From positions 25,528-89,527 of the forward strand of contig JAYNQW010000004.1 of assembly GCA_038114465.1 (NCBI GenBank): 64,000 nucleotides of DNA. Reading direction: 5' to 3'. Positions within the stretch are counted from its first letter, which is position 1, and each line of letters starts with the position of its first letter. The notes beneath the pieces are model-generated. The model was given only the letters and a program-made list of their open reading frames with translations. It was not told where the DNA came from and searched no databases. This DNA comes from Rhodospirillaceae bacterium. Lineage in GTDB: Bacteria > Pseudomonadota > Alphaproteobacteria > Rhodospirillales > CALINB01. Shown here piece after piece: positions 48,109 through 56,899 of this stretch. The position numbers and the translations under genes were made by a program.

Positions 48109-49461
48109 TTAGAGGTCGTCCAGCTTCTTCCAGGGCGGCGGTGCCGGATGGACCACATAACGCGGTGTATCGGAGAAACGGTCGATAAAAACACCGCCGG
48201 CCTTCATCACCATTTTGATGTTGTCTTTTTTCTGCAGAACGGTGATATCGCGATCCGGGCTGCCGTCGATGGCGAGAATATCGGCGATTTTGCCTTTCTC
48301 GATCGTGCCGAGATCTTTGTCGAGCCGGACCGCTTCGGCGGCGTTTTTCGTCGCCGTCACGATGGCTTCCATCGGCGTCATCCCGAGATCGACATAAAGC
48401 GCCAACTCGTTTGCATTTTCGCCGAATTCCGGATCGAGACCAGTATCCGTACCCATGGCCAGCTTCACGCCTGACTGATGGAATTTTTTGAAGGATTCAT
48501 AAGTGTAAGGCTGAATCTTTTTCATTTTCTTCAAAATGAATTCCGGCGTACCGCATTTCCGGCGCACCTCAATGGCATGATCAGTCCGGTGCAGAAGCGT
48601 CGGAATCACAGGAATTTGCGCATCTTCGATCATCTTGATGGTTTCGTCATCGGTAAAGACGATGTGCTCAATCGTATCAACCCCGGCGCGCACACACATG
48701 CGATGCGATTCGGTCGTAAAACAGTGCACAGCGCATTGCGCGTGGAAAGCATGACACTCATCAACAATGGCATCGAGCTCTTCCTGGGTCATATTGCGCA
48801 CGTCGGGCTCTTCCTTATCGGTACCGCCGCCGCCGGATGCGGACGTTTTGATAAAGTCTGCACCATGACGAAGCTGCTCACGAGTGGCCCGACGCAAATC
48901 CCACGGCCCATCGGCAACCAAATCATCGGCGACCCGGACATGGGCACGCGGCAGCGTAAGATCCAAGTGAGAATTCGTAATGACGGCGCGGCCGCAAACG
49001 ATCAAACGAGGTCCGGCTAAAACACCGTTATCAATGGCATCTTTCAAGGCAACCATTTCAACCGTGTTTTGCCCAGTCGGCAACATGCGGCCTTGATCGC
49101 GCAACGTCGTGAAACCCATTTCAAAACACAACTGTGCATGAAACAGCGTGTAATAACTTTGCAGTCCGCGGGAAACTTCGAAAATGGAGACCCGATAGTT
49201 ATTCCAAGTGATCGGGTTAAAAGCTGCAATATGCACATGCAGATCGAACATGCCCGGCATTAGCGTGTATTTGGAGGCATCGATGACTTCGGCGCCGGCT
49301 GGGATCTTAACTTTACCCTTAACACCGACTTCCTTGATGCGGTCGTCTTTAATGACGATGATCGGATTATTAATAATCTCTCCGCCGTTGCCATCAACGA
49401 GCCGCTTGCCCTTGATGACTTTGACATTGCCTGATTTCTTTTTTGCTGCCGATTTTGCCAC
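48109..49461 (-). CDS. Metal-dependent amidohydrolase-superfamily protein with K-rich N-terminus
   Basis: The HxH motif (PGMFDLHVHIA) and distal ligand regions (AVHC, GTDTG) are present. The GTG at 49461 is preceded by GAGGGAGA, giving an N-terminus MAKSAAKKKSGNVKVIKGKR. The ORF-track start at 49524 has no Shine-Dalgarno. Confidence 0.8.
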   Translation of the reverse strand: MAKSAAKKKSGNVKVIKGKRLVDGNGGEIINNPIIVIKDDRIKEVGVKGKVKIPAGAEVIDASKYTLMPGMFDLHVHIAAFNPITWNNYRVSIFEVSRGLQSYYTLFHAQLCFEMGFTTLRDQGRMLPTGQNTVEMVALKDAIDNGVLAGPRLIVCGRAVITNSHLDLTLPRAHVRVADDLVADGPWDLRRATREQLRHGADFIKTSASGGGGTDKEEPDVRNMTQEELDAIVDECHAFHAQCAVHCFTTESHRMCVRAGVDTIEHIVFTDDETIKMIEDAQIPVIPTLLHRTDHAIEVRRKCGTPEFILKKMKKIQPYTYESFKKFHQSGVKLAMGTDTGLDPEFGENANELALYVDLGMTPMEAIVTATKNAAEAVRLDKDLGTIEKGKIADILAIDGSPDRDITVLQKKDNIKMVMKAGGVFIDRFSDTPRYVVHPAPPPWKKLDDL

Positions 49462-49726
49462 TGGATTTATCTCCCTCTCGCCCCCGCAATGATTAAATTG
49501 CAGATTAAAATATTTTGTTTGCATTAGTTTAAGAGCAACTAAGACGTCTGATTATCATAGACGGCAATTCAGCCCTGTCAATTGCCTGACCGAACCGTAA
49601 TATCCTTTAAACATTAGAATTTTTCTATTGCGACATATTCGCAAAACACTTGCTTCACGATGCCTCTAAATTTATGTTTGTGAGCAACCATTCACGGCAC
49701 AATTAACCACCCAGGAACCGAACATC

Positions 49727-50602
49727 ATGGCCAAATCTTTGAGGAAAAAGAAGAAACCTGCGCGACGCAAAAAGCCCGCGAAACGCAAAGCGGTCAAAAA
49801 GAAAACCGTATCGAAGCGCCGTCCAACAAAACGCAAAGCCACGAAGCGCAAGGCAACTAAACGTAAAACGGTGAAGCGCAAAGCGACGAAGCGCAAGGCG
49901 ACGAAGCGTAAGGCGACTCGCAAAAAGCCGGCTAAAAAGAAAGCAACAAAAAAAAGTAAATCCTCAAAGAAAACCGCACGGAAAAAACCCGCGAAGCGGA
50001 AGCCGGCCAAGAAAAAATCAACGAGCAAAAAACCGGTGAAGAAAAAAACACCGGCTAAGCGTAAGGCCACGAAGAAGAAAAAAGCTACGGCTTCGAAGAA
50101 AAAGCCGAAGGTTTTCGTCTACAACATGTACGACCTTAAAAAGCCGAAAGGGCCGGCGAGCGCCGAGGTTAACCCGCACCGCAAGCTGTCGGGCAAATCG
50201 ACAACGGAAGCCTGTAATATTAAAGGCGCGCAAATGCAGGTGGGGATCGCCCACAAACGCCAGGGCACCGGCTCCAAGCTCCATACGCACCCGAACGAGC
50301 AATACAACTTCGTGCTCAAGGGAACGCTGGTTGTGGATATCGACGGTCGAATTCAACGATGCCCCGCCGGCAGTGTCGTTCATATACCAGCAGGCACGGT
50401 ACACAGCACCTGCGCATCCGAAGAGGGCGACGCCATCTTCTACGTCTGTAAGGATAACCGTCACGGTATGGCGGGGCCACCGATCGACGGCAAGGAAGAT
50501 GGTGCGCGCTATCTACCTGGCTTCGAGCCGACGGAAGAGCAACGCCAACAAGACGCGGATAAAACTCGCAAAGTTACAGACGACAAAGTCAAAAGACTTT
50601 AG
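49727..50602 (+). CDS. Histone-H1-like lysine-repeat domain fused to cupin paralog 7
   Basis: The N-terminal ~135 aa are almost entirely K/R/A/T/P repeats (KRKAT x6, PAKKK...). The C-terminal cupin carries GTGSKLHTHPNEQYNFVLKG, GSVVHIPAGTVH and RYLPGFEPTEE. Confidence 0.8.
   Translation: MAKSLRKKKKPARRKKPAKRKAVKKKTVSKRRPTKRKATKRKATKRKTVKRKATKRKATKRKATRKKPAKKKATKKSKSSKKTARKKPAKRKPAKKKSTSKKPVKKKTPAKRKATKKKKATASKKKPKVFVYNMYDLKKPKGPASAEVNPHRKLSGKSTTEACNIKGAQMQVGIAHKRQGTGSKLHTHPNEQYNFVLKGTLVVDIDGRIQRCPAGSVVHIPAGTVHSTCASEEGDAIFYVCKDNRHGMAGPPIDGKEDGARYLPGFEPTEEQRQQDADKTRKVTDDKVKRL
49733..50130 (+). repeat. In-frame low-complexity coding repeat (15-nt ACNAARCGNAARGCN units at 49826-49918 inside a longer AAG/AAA-rich tract)
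   Basis: Direct reading shows six consecutive units: acaaaacgcaaagcc / acgaagcgcaaggca / actaaacgtaaaacg / gtgaagcgcaaagcg / acgaagcgcaaggcg / acgaagcgtaaggcg. Confidence 0.85.
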
Positions 50603-52050
50603 GAACGGCTATCCAGAAAGCGCTCGTAGGCCGCCATACCTGCGAGCGCGGATGCCGCATTTGCGAGTTCATCGAATACGGGAATCCCCCGCTCACCTGC
50701 CCAAGCGCGAAACTCTTGCTTACAATGTTCGGTTTCCGGTTTGCCGTCCGAACGCAGCACCAGCATAAAATGTTCATCACCGGGATGGCATTGCCGGACT
50801 GTTTCGGCAAGCGTGAGAACGGTCTCGACTGTTTTTGCATCCGTCACCACTTGGGTTAAAAGAACCGGCAAATTGATGTGCAGCACGAACGCATCCAATG
50901 TCTCGTTTTTAAAAACCACATCCATAATCTCTTCGGCGAGCTTGCCGCCTTTGCGCTGAAAGGCGCCGGCCGGCGTATCGATAGGATTAACGTAGCCTGT
51001 GCCTGGCGGCAGATCGAGAGCGATTAATGCATCCTGTGTTTTTTGCGAGAACGGCAACACATTGAGCCCCTTTTCGGCAAAGGCATCGACCGCGATCACG
51101 CTGGTCCCGCCGCCGTTGCCGAACAAGGCTGCCCCCGTTGTCGGCCGGTTGGGGCGCGGCGTTAGCGCCTGAAAAGCGCTCAGAATATCAAGCAAGTCGT
51201 GCAGATCGTTTGCCCGGATCGCACCGGTTTGCTTAAACAACGCATCCCATACCCGGTCGTCGGCAGCAAGCGCACCCGTATGGGACGCCGCCGCTAATTG
51301 CCCTTGTACCGAGCGGCCACTTTTTAAAATAATAACCGGCTTTTTCCCCTTCGCTTTCTTCAGTGTTTCGAAAAATGCCCGCCCGTCGCGCGCGCCTTCC
51401 AGATAAAGGGCAATGATTTTTGTTTCCGTGTCAGCGAGATAATATTCGAGCAGTTCACCCGGCGTGACATCGGCCGTATTCCCGGTTGTCATGACCGCAC
51501 TAAAACGCAAGCCGCGCTCGTTGCCGCTCCAAATGATGTCCATGGCAATCCCGCCGCTTTGCGACACCACGCCGATATGCCCTGGTTCGGGCGAACTATT
51601 CTCGACAAAGATCAAGCCGCCGGTTGGGCAATACGCGCCGGGACAATTCGGGCCTAAAATTCGAATGCCGGACTCTTTTCCCGCGATGGCTAATTCTTGC
51701 TGCAAGGCCATGCCGTCTTCGGTCTCGCCGAAACCGCTGGAAATAACATGGGCGAATTTGACATTTCCCGTTCCGGCACGCAATGCGTCCGGTATCGCAC
51801 CGGCAGGAATCGCGACATAAACATAGTCAACGGGTTCGGGCGTCTCGCCTAATGAGGCATACGCTCTTAAGCCATCGATTTCAGCCGCCTTCGGGTGGAT
51901 TGGATAAATCGGCCCTTGAAATCCAAACCGCTGCAGCCGGTCGATGATGACATTCGAACGGTTGCGTGTCGTCGAGGATGCCCCCATCACCGCAATCGTC
52001 TTGGGATGGAATAGTGACTTAAAATTGGCGCCAATATCGGTTTTGGTCAT
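50599..52050 (-). CDS. CoA-binding / NDP-forming acyl-CoA synthetase alpha-type protein
   Basis: The N-terminus is LFHPKTIAVMGASSTTRNRSNVIIDRLQRFGFQGPIYPIHPK. CoA-ligase domain segments are present (GPNCPGAY, SQSGG). No ATP-grasp domain is present. Confidence 0.75.
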   Translation of the reverse strand: MTKTDIGANFKSLFHPKTIAVMGASSTTRNRSNVIIDRLQRFGFQGPIYPIHPKAAEIDGLRAYASLGETPEPVDYVYVAIPAGAIPDALRAGTGNVKFAHVISSGFGETEDGMALQQELAIAGKESGIRILGPNCPGAYCPTGGLIFVENSSPEPGHIGVVSQSGGIAMDIIWSGNERGLRFSAVMTTGNTADVTPGELLEYYLADTETKIIALYLEGARDGRAFFETLKKAKGKKPVIILKSGRSVQGQLAAASHTGALAADDRVWDALFKQTGAIRANDLHDLLDILSAFQALTPRPNRPTTGAALFGNGGGTSVIAVDAFAEKGLNVLPFSQKTQDALIALDLPPGTGYVNPIDTPAGAFQRKGGKLAEEIMDVVFKNETLDAFVLHINLPVLLTQVVTDAKTVETVLTLAETVRQCHPGDEHFMLVLRSDGKPETEHCKQEFRAWAGERGIPVFDELANAASALAGMAAYERFLDSRS

Positions 52051-52181
52051 ACGATTAGCTTGTTCTCGGCTGTTCGTCTCATGGGCTTGATTTCAGATAC
52101 CATAGCAGCGCTTGCGGCTACATTCACGACTCTGGTACAACCGCACGAAACAACCAATAATCCAATACCCCGGAGGATCCT

Positions 52182-53369
52182 ATGAGCAAAGACGACATTT
52201 TCATTCTTGGTGGTGCACGCACGCCGATCGGTCGCTTCGGCGGTGCCATATCGGCCTCCAATGCTGTCGACATCGGCGCGACAGCAATTGCCGCTGCGGT
52301 TAAAAATGCCGCCGTCAGCCCCGATGATGTTAATCTCTGCGTCATGGGCCATGCCCGTCAAGCTGGCAACGGCCCCAATCCGGCACGCCTGATGGCCCTG
52401 AAAGGCGGACTACCGAAATCGGCCCCCGCGTTCACCACACAAATGGCCTGTATCTCCGGTTTGCTCGCCGTGATCGAGGCGCGTGCCGCCATCATGGACG
52501 GCGAAGCCGATGTCGCCGTCGTCGGCGGCTGCGAACACATGAGTTCGATCCCCTATTTAATCCAGGGTATGCGTTGGGGCACCAAAATGGGCGACGCCCC
52601 GGTGCTTGACGGCCTCTCCAAAGACGGCTTTCGCGATCCGCTAACCGGTGCCCATATGGGTGAACTGGCCGATCACATGGCCAAACGTGAAGGCATCAGC
52701 CGCGAGGATCAGGATCAGTTCTCTTTACGCAGTCAACAAACCGCGGCCAAGGCCATCGAAGCGGGACATTACAAATCTCAAATTGAACCGGTCGAAATCC
52801 CGGGCCGCAAAGGCCCAGAGGTGGTCGAGCTTGATGAACATCCCCGCCCCGATACTAAGCTCGAAAGTCTTGCGAAACTAAAACCGGTTTTTGTTAAGGA
52901 TGGCAGCGTCACAGCGGGATCGTCTTCCGGTATCACGGATGGCGCCTGCGCCCTGGTGATTGCCAACGAAGCCGCAGTCAAGCGCCTTAAGGCAAACCCC
53001 CGGGCAAGAATCATGGGCGCCTCGCTGGCCGCCTTGGTCCCCGAGGACTACACCATCGCACCAGTTGAATCGACCAAGAAGCTGATGAAAAAACTGGGTG
53101 TTAACATCCAGGATGTCGATCAAACCGAAATTAACGAAGCCTTTGCCGCCATGGCAATCGCGTGCACGCGCATGCTTGATCTCGATCCCGAAACCGTCAA
53201 CAACTGGGGTGGCGCCATCGCCCTTGGCCATCCGATCGGCATGTCGGGCGCGCGCATTCTGCTGAACACACTACAACGGCTCGAAGAAGACGGCGGTACA
53301 ACAGGACTCGCAACCCTTTGCGGCAACGGCGGACACGGCGCGTCGATGCTGATCGAAAAAGCGGCTTAA
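52182..53369 (+). CDS. Thiolase (acetyl-CoA C-acyltransferase/acetyltransferase)
   Basis: 395 aa with the active-site Cys region (TQMACISGL), the C-terminal motif NEAFAA and the segment [16 protein letters not shown]...LCGNGGHG. Confidence 0.9.
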   Translation: MSKDDIFILGGARTPIGRFGGAISASNAVDIGATAIAAAVKNAAVSPDDVNLCVMGHARQAGNGPNPARLMALKGGLPKSAPAFTTQMACISGLLAVIEARAAIMDGEADVAVVGGCEHMSSIPYLIQGMRWGTKMGDAPVLDGLSKDGFRDPLTGAHMGELADHMAKREGISREDQDQFSLRSQQTAAKAIEAGHYKSQIEPVEIPGRKGPEVVELDEHPRPDTKLESLAKLKPVFVKDGSVTAGSSSGITDGACALVIANEAAVKRLKANPRARIMGASLAALVPEDYTIAPVESTKKLMKKLGVNIQDVDQTEINEAFAAMAIACTRMLDLDPETVNNWGGAIALGHPIGMSGARILLNTLQRLEEDGGTTGLATLCGNGGHGASMLIEKAA

Positions 53370-53373
53370 TTAA

Positions 53374-54906
53374 ATGGCGAATAGAACAATCGGAGACGGC
53401 TTCACGATCGGTATTCTCGGGGCTGGTGCCATGGGCCGCGGGATTGCACAAGTTGCCGCGCTTGGTGGCTTATCGGTAGTTTTGGTCGATGGCCAGGACG
53501 GCGTTGCTGAAGAGGCCCGTGCTTTTGTCAAAAATATGCTCGGCCGCGCCGTCGAAAAAAATCGCCTCGAACAAAACGATGCCGATAAGGCCATGACATT
53601 GATCGGCACCGGCAACCGTATCGAAAACCTTAAAGATTGTGACCTCGTGATCGAAGCAATCATTGAAGATATCGAGATCAAAAAAGAAACCTTCAAAAGA
53701 CTCGAGGAATTATGCGGCAGCGAAACCATCCTCGCGTCGAACACCTCGGCTTTGCCGATTTCCGTCATCGGATCGGCATGTGAACATCGCGGCCGCATTG
53801 CCGGCATGCATTTTTTCAATCCGGTGCCGCTGATGAAGCTGGTTGAAATCATCCACACGCCGTTTACCGATCCCGATGTGATCGAACTGCTGTGCGAAGT
53901 TGCCAAGCGCATGACCCGCACACCAGTCCGGGTCAAAGATAATCCTGGCTTTCTTGCCGGTAACACCGGCCGGGCGTTTTTTACCGAAGCCCTGCGCATC
54001 CATCAGGAACAAATTGCGCCGCCTGCAGATATCGACCGGATCGCGCGTGAGGCCGGCGGTTTCCGCATGGGACCGTTCGAGCTCATCGACCTCATCGGCA
54101 TGGATGTAAACTACCCGGCAACCCTGTCGATGTTTCACGATTTCTTCAGCGAGCCCCGCTACCGGCCGAGCCCGGATTATCGTTTGCTTTTTGAATCAAA
54201 AACCTTGGGGCGCAAAACCGGTCAAGGATTTTACCGTTACGGTGATGACAAAAAACCGATCATCGAACCCGAACCCAATACGCCGGAAAAACTGCCGGAA
54301 GCTGTTTGGGTTTGGGGCCACGACAAAACTGCAAAGAAAAAGCTGGCCGATCTTGCCAAAAATGCCGGGGTTAAAGTGGAAGCCGGCAAAAACCCCGGTA
54401 AAGGTACACTCGCTTTAATCGCGCCGCTCGCTGATGACGCTACAACAACAGCGCTTAAACTCGGCATCGATCCCGCTCGAACCGTTGCCGTCGATACAGT
54501 ATTTGGATGGGATGCCCGGCGGACGGCCATGGCGCCGCCCGGTGCGGATACGGCAATCGTCGACCAGGCCCTCGCCCTGCTGGCCTCGGACGGCGTCAAA
54601 GTCACACGGGTTAACGATTCGCCCGGTTTTGTTATGCCGCGCATCCAGGCCGTGATGACAAACCTAAGTTGTGAGAACTGTCAGCTTGGCGTCGCAACAC
54701 CGGATGATCTCGATACCGCAATGAAACTAGGCTTCAACTACCCGGAAGGGCCGCTCGAAGCCGGCGATAGGCTGGGTGGCGAAACGATCCTCAGTCTGAT
54801 TGAATCGCTTTATTCGTTTTATGGCGACGGCCGTTACCGGACCAGCCCCTGGTTGAAACGCCGGGCGCAACTCGGCATCTCCCTCAAGACTTCTGAGCGA
54901 TCATAG
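53374..54906 (+). CDS. 3-hydroxyacyl-CoA dehydrogenase (long form with duplicated C-terminal domain)
   Basis: It carries ILGAGAMGRGIAQVAALGG, SNTSALPIS, HFFNPVPLMKLVEI and a second PGF-type segment near the C-terminus. Confidence 0.88.
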   Translation: MANRTIGDGFTIGILGAGAMGRGIAQVAALGGLSVVLVDGQDGVAEEARAFVKNMLGRAVEKNRLEQNDADKAMTLIGTGNRIENLKDCDLVIEAIIEDIEIKKETFKRLEELCGSETILASNTSALPISVIGSACEHRGRIAGMHFFNPVPLMKLVEIIHTPFTDPDVIELLCEVAKRMTRTPVRVKDNPGFLAGNTGRAFFTEALRIHQEQIAPPADIDRIAREAGGFRMGPFELIDLIGMDVNYPATLSMFHDFFSEPRYRPSPDYRLLFESKTLGRKTGQGFYRYGDDKKPIIEPEPNTPEKLPEAVWVWGHDKTAKKKLADLAKNAGVKVEAGKNPGKGTLALIAPLADDATTTALKLGIDPARTVAVDTVFGWDARRTAMAPPGADTAIVDQALALLASDGVKVTRVNDSPGFVMPRIQAVMTNLSCENCQLGVATPDDLDTAMKLGFNYPEGPLEAGDRLGGETILSLIESLYSFYGDGRYRTSPWLKRRAQLGISLKTSERS

Positions 54907-54916
54907 GGCCGGTTTC

Positions 54917-55891
54917 ATGAAAATTCTGCACAGCCTCACTTACAAAACGAATTTATTCGATATGTTGCAGAAGAAATATTCCGACATTCAATTCGTTCGC
55001 ATTGAAACACCCGAGGATATTAAACGTGAATGTTCCGATTGCGACGCATTGATCGTTGCCGGCAGCCGTTACAATAACGAAGTCGCCGATACCCTTCGCC
55101 AACACGCCAAAAAGTTACGCTGGATTCAAGCCGGCTCCGACGGCCTCGATAAATTCGTGAAGCCCGGCATTCCCGACGGGGTAACTATTACAAATACCAG
55201 CGGCACCAAAGGCGGCACCATCGCCGAGCATGCCATCGGCTTGCTGATTGCACTGCACCAGAAAATACATCGCTATGAACGCATGCGCGACAACCGGGAC
55301 TGGCAGGCAGGCCGCATCGCCATGCGCCCGCTCGTCGGCTCCATTGAAAATCAAACGCTGCTGATACTTGGCTACGGACATATCGGCAAGGAGATTGCGC
55401 GCAAAGCCAAGGCCTTCGATGCCACCGTGATCGCTTTCAACAGATCCGGCAAAAACGGCGGCGAGGCTGATGAAGTCGTATCGATCGAAAAACTGCACGA
55501 CTATCTGCCGAAGGCCGATGCCGTTTTTTTCTCGATGCCCTTTACAAAACAAACCCGCGGCATATTCGGCGCCAAAGAAATCGGAATGGTGAAGGACGGC
55601 GCTATGATCGTTAATGTGGCCCGCGGCGAATTGATCGATACCGATGCCATGGTCAAAGCTCTTCAGGAAGGCAAACTCGGCGGCGCCGGTCTTGACGTGA
55701 TTGAACCGGAACCCCTTCCCGCCGATCACCCCTTGTGGGACATCGAGAATGTGATTGTCTCGCCCCATGTTGCCGGTCACGGCGGGCCGCTTTATGAGCG
55801 GATCGCCGAACTTTATGCAGACAATATCGAGCGCTTTTATAACGGCGAGCCCCTGCGCAATATCATTAACCTTGAAGATCACGCGGTATAA
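54917..55891 (+). CDS. D-isomer-specific 2-hydroxyacid dehydrogenase family protein
   Basis: It carries ILGYGHIGKEIARKA, NVARGELIDTDAM and SPHVAGH. Confidence 0.82.
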   Translation: MKILHSLTYKTNLFDMLQKKYSDIQFVRIETPEDIKRECSDCDALIVAGSRYNNEVADTLRQHAKKLRWIQAGSDGLDKFVKPGIPDGVTITNTSGTKGGTIAEHAIGLLIALHQKIHRYERMRDNRDWQAGRIAMRPLVGSIENQTLLILGYGHIGKEIARKAKAFDATVIAFNRSGKNGGEADEVVSIEKLHDYLPKADAVFFSMPFTKQTRGIFGAKEIGMVKDGAMIVNVARGELIDTDAMVKALQEGKLGGAGLDVIEPEPLPADHPLWDIENVIVSPHVAGHGGPLYERIAELYADNIERFYNGEPLRNIINLEDHAV

Positions 55892-55894
55892 CAA

Positions 55895-56896
55895 ATGAGC
55901 GAATTTACCATTACCCTGGGCTGCAATGCTTACGACCGAAATATCCCTGTCATGGATGGGCGCGTGCCGATTGAAGGCTGCGAAGTGGCCGCCGTCAAAC
56001 TGCCCGGCCAGCAACTGCATGTCCGCGCCCTGCAACGCCAGGAATTCGACGTCACCGAGCTTTCCGTCAGCAGCTATTTGATGCAAGTCGCCAACGGCGA
56101 AAACAAATATCTCGCCATTCCCATTTTTACATCCCGCGCATTCCGTCACCGGTGCTTTTACATCCGCACCGACCGGGGCATTGATACGCCAAAAGATTTG
56201 GAAGGCAAGAAAGTCGGCTTGCCGGAGTACCAAGTGACCGTTGCGCTTTGGACCCGCGGCATTCTACAGGACGAATATGGTGTCGATTTCAAAAAACTGA
56301 AATACCGTAACGGCGGCGTCAATCAAGCCGGCCGGGAAGAACGGCTCGCGCTCGACCTGCCCGGCGACATCGACGTCGAACCAGTCCCGAAAGACAAAAC
56401 CCTATCGGATCTCTTGGCCTCCGGCGAGATCGATGCGGTCATCGCCCCGGACGTGCCAAAATGTTTCAGGGAAAACCATCCGCAGGTCGCCCGCCTGTTT
56501 CCTGACCATATCGCGGAAGAAAAAAATTATTACCGCAAAACCGGGTTCTTCCCGATGATGCATTTGATTGCGGTCCGCAAATCGCTTGCTCAAGAGCATC
56601 CCTGGCTCGCACCGAACGTTTACAAAGCTTTCGTCGAGGCCAAACGCCTCGTCATGGCGGAATACGATGGGATAGCTGCCTATTCCGCCAATATGCTAAC
56701 CCTGCCCTGGTTCGCCGATGATCTGGCCGCGACCAAAGAGCTGATGAGCGAGGATTATTGGCCGTACGGCGTCGCGGACAACCGCAAGGAGCTCGAAACA
56801 CTCGCACGCTATTCTGAAGAGCAATTCCTCGCCAAACGCCGGATCGATGTCGACGAGCTTTTCGCCCCCGGCACCCATGACCTGCCGGGAATTTAA
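55895..56896 (+). CDS. 4,5-dihydroxyphthalate-decarboxylase-like (periplasmic-binding-protein-fold) enzyme
   Basis: The family-like pattern, recalled from memory, is LGCNAYDRNIPVMDGRVPIEG...FDVTELSVSSY...IPIFTSRAFRH...DLEGKKVGLPEYQVTVALWTRGILQDEYGV. Confidence 0.55.
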   Translation: MSEFTITLGCNAYDRNIPVMDGRVPIEGCEVAAVKLPGQQLHVRALQRQEFDVTELSVSSYLMQVANGENKYLAIPIFTSRAFRHRCFYIRTDRGIDTPKDLEGKKVGLPEYQVTVALWTRGILQDEYGVDFKKLKYRNGGVNQAGREERLALDLPGDIDVEPVPKDKTLSDLLASGEIDAVIAPDVPKCFRENHPQVARLFPDHIAEEKNYYRKTGFFPMMHLIAVRKSLAQEHPWLAPNVYKAFVEAKRLVMAEYDGIAAYSANMLTLPWFADDLAATKELMSEDYWPYGVADNRKELETLARYSEEQFLAKRRIDVDELFAPGTHDLPGI

Positions 56897-56899
56897 AAC

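Noticed and set aside
49826-49918. Periodic 15-nt repeats that could superficially suggest a CRISPR or other repeat array.
   Set aside because: The units are contiguous with no spacers, in frame, and encode KRKAT pentapeptides inside a long ORF. There are no cas genes, so this is a coding tandem repeat.
49672-50070. A 132-aa minus-strand ORF rich in F, L, A and R; a similar F-rich ORF lies at 5167-5412.
   Set aside because: These are mirror images of the lysine-repeat coding tracts (AAG/AAA read as CTT/TTT). They are antisense artefacts of low-complexity DNA.
32451-50602. Interpreting the cupin tails as encapsulin or microcompartment cargo tags belonging to a compartment system encoded here.
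   Set aside because: I recognise no encapsulin (HK97-fold) or BMC shell protein in the window. The 258-aa orphan does not resemble encapsulins I know. The idea is retained only as one alternative under the tail finding.
50599-50602. A 4-nt overlap of convergent stop codons (TTAG, read as TAG on plus and TAA on minus).
   Set aside because: This is real, but it is a common consequence of compact genomes. There is no evidence of functional significance.
55115-56233. A 372-aa minus-strand ORF spanning two plus-strand genes.
   Set aside because: It is a shadow ORF antisense to confidently assigned dehydrogenase and decarboxylase-like genes. Its sequence is low-information, rich in G, A, D and L, with no family motifs. 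The same reasoning applies to other long antisense ORFs (3233-3805, 13660-14226, 29090-29776, 30087-30656, 40449-41069, 46537-47052, 48478-49020, 53370-53999, 60964-61524, 61516-62031).
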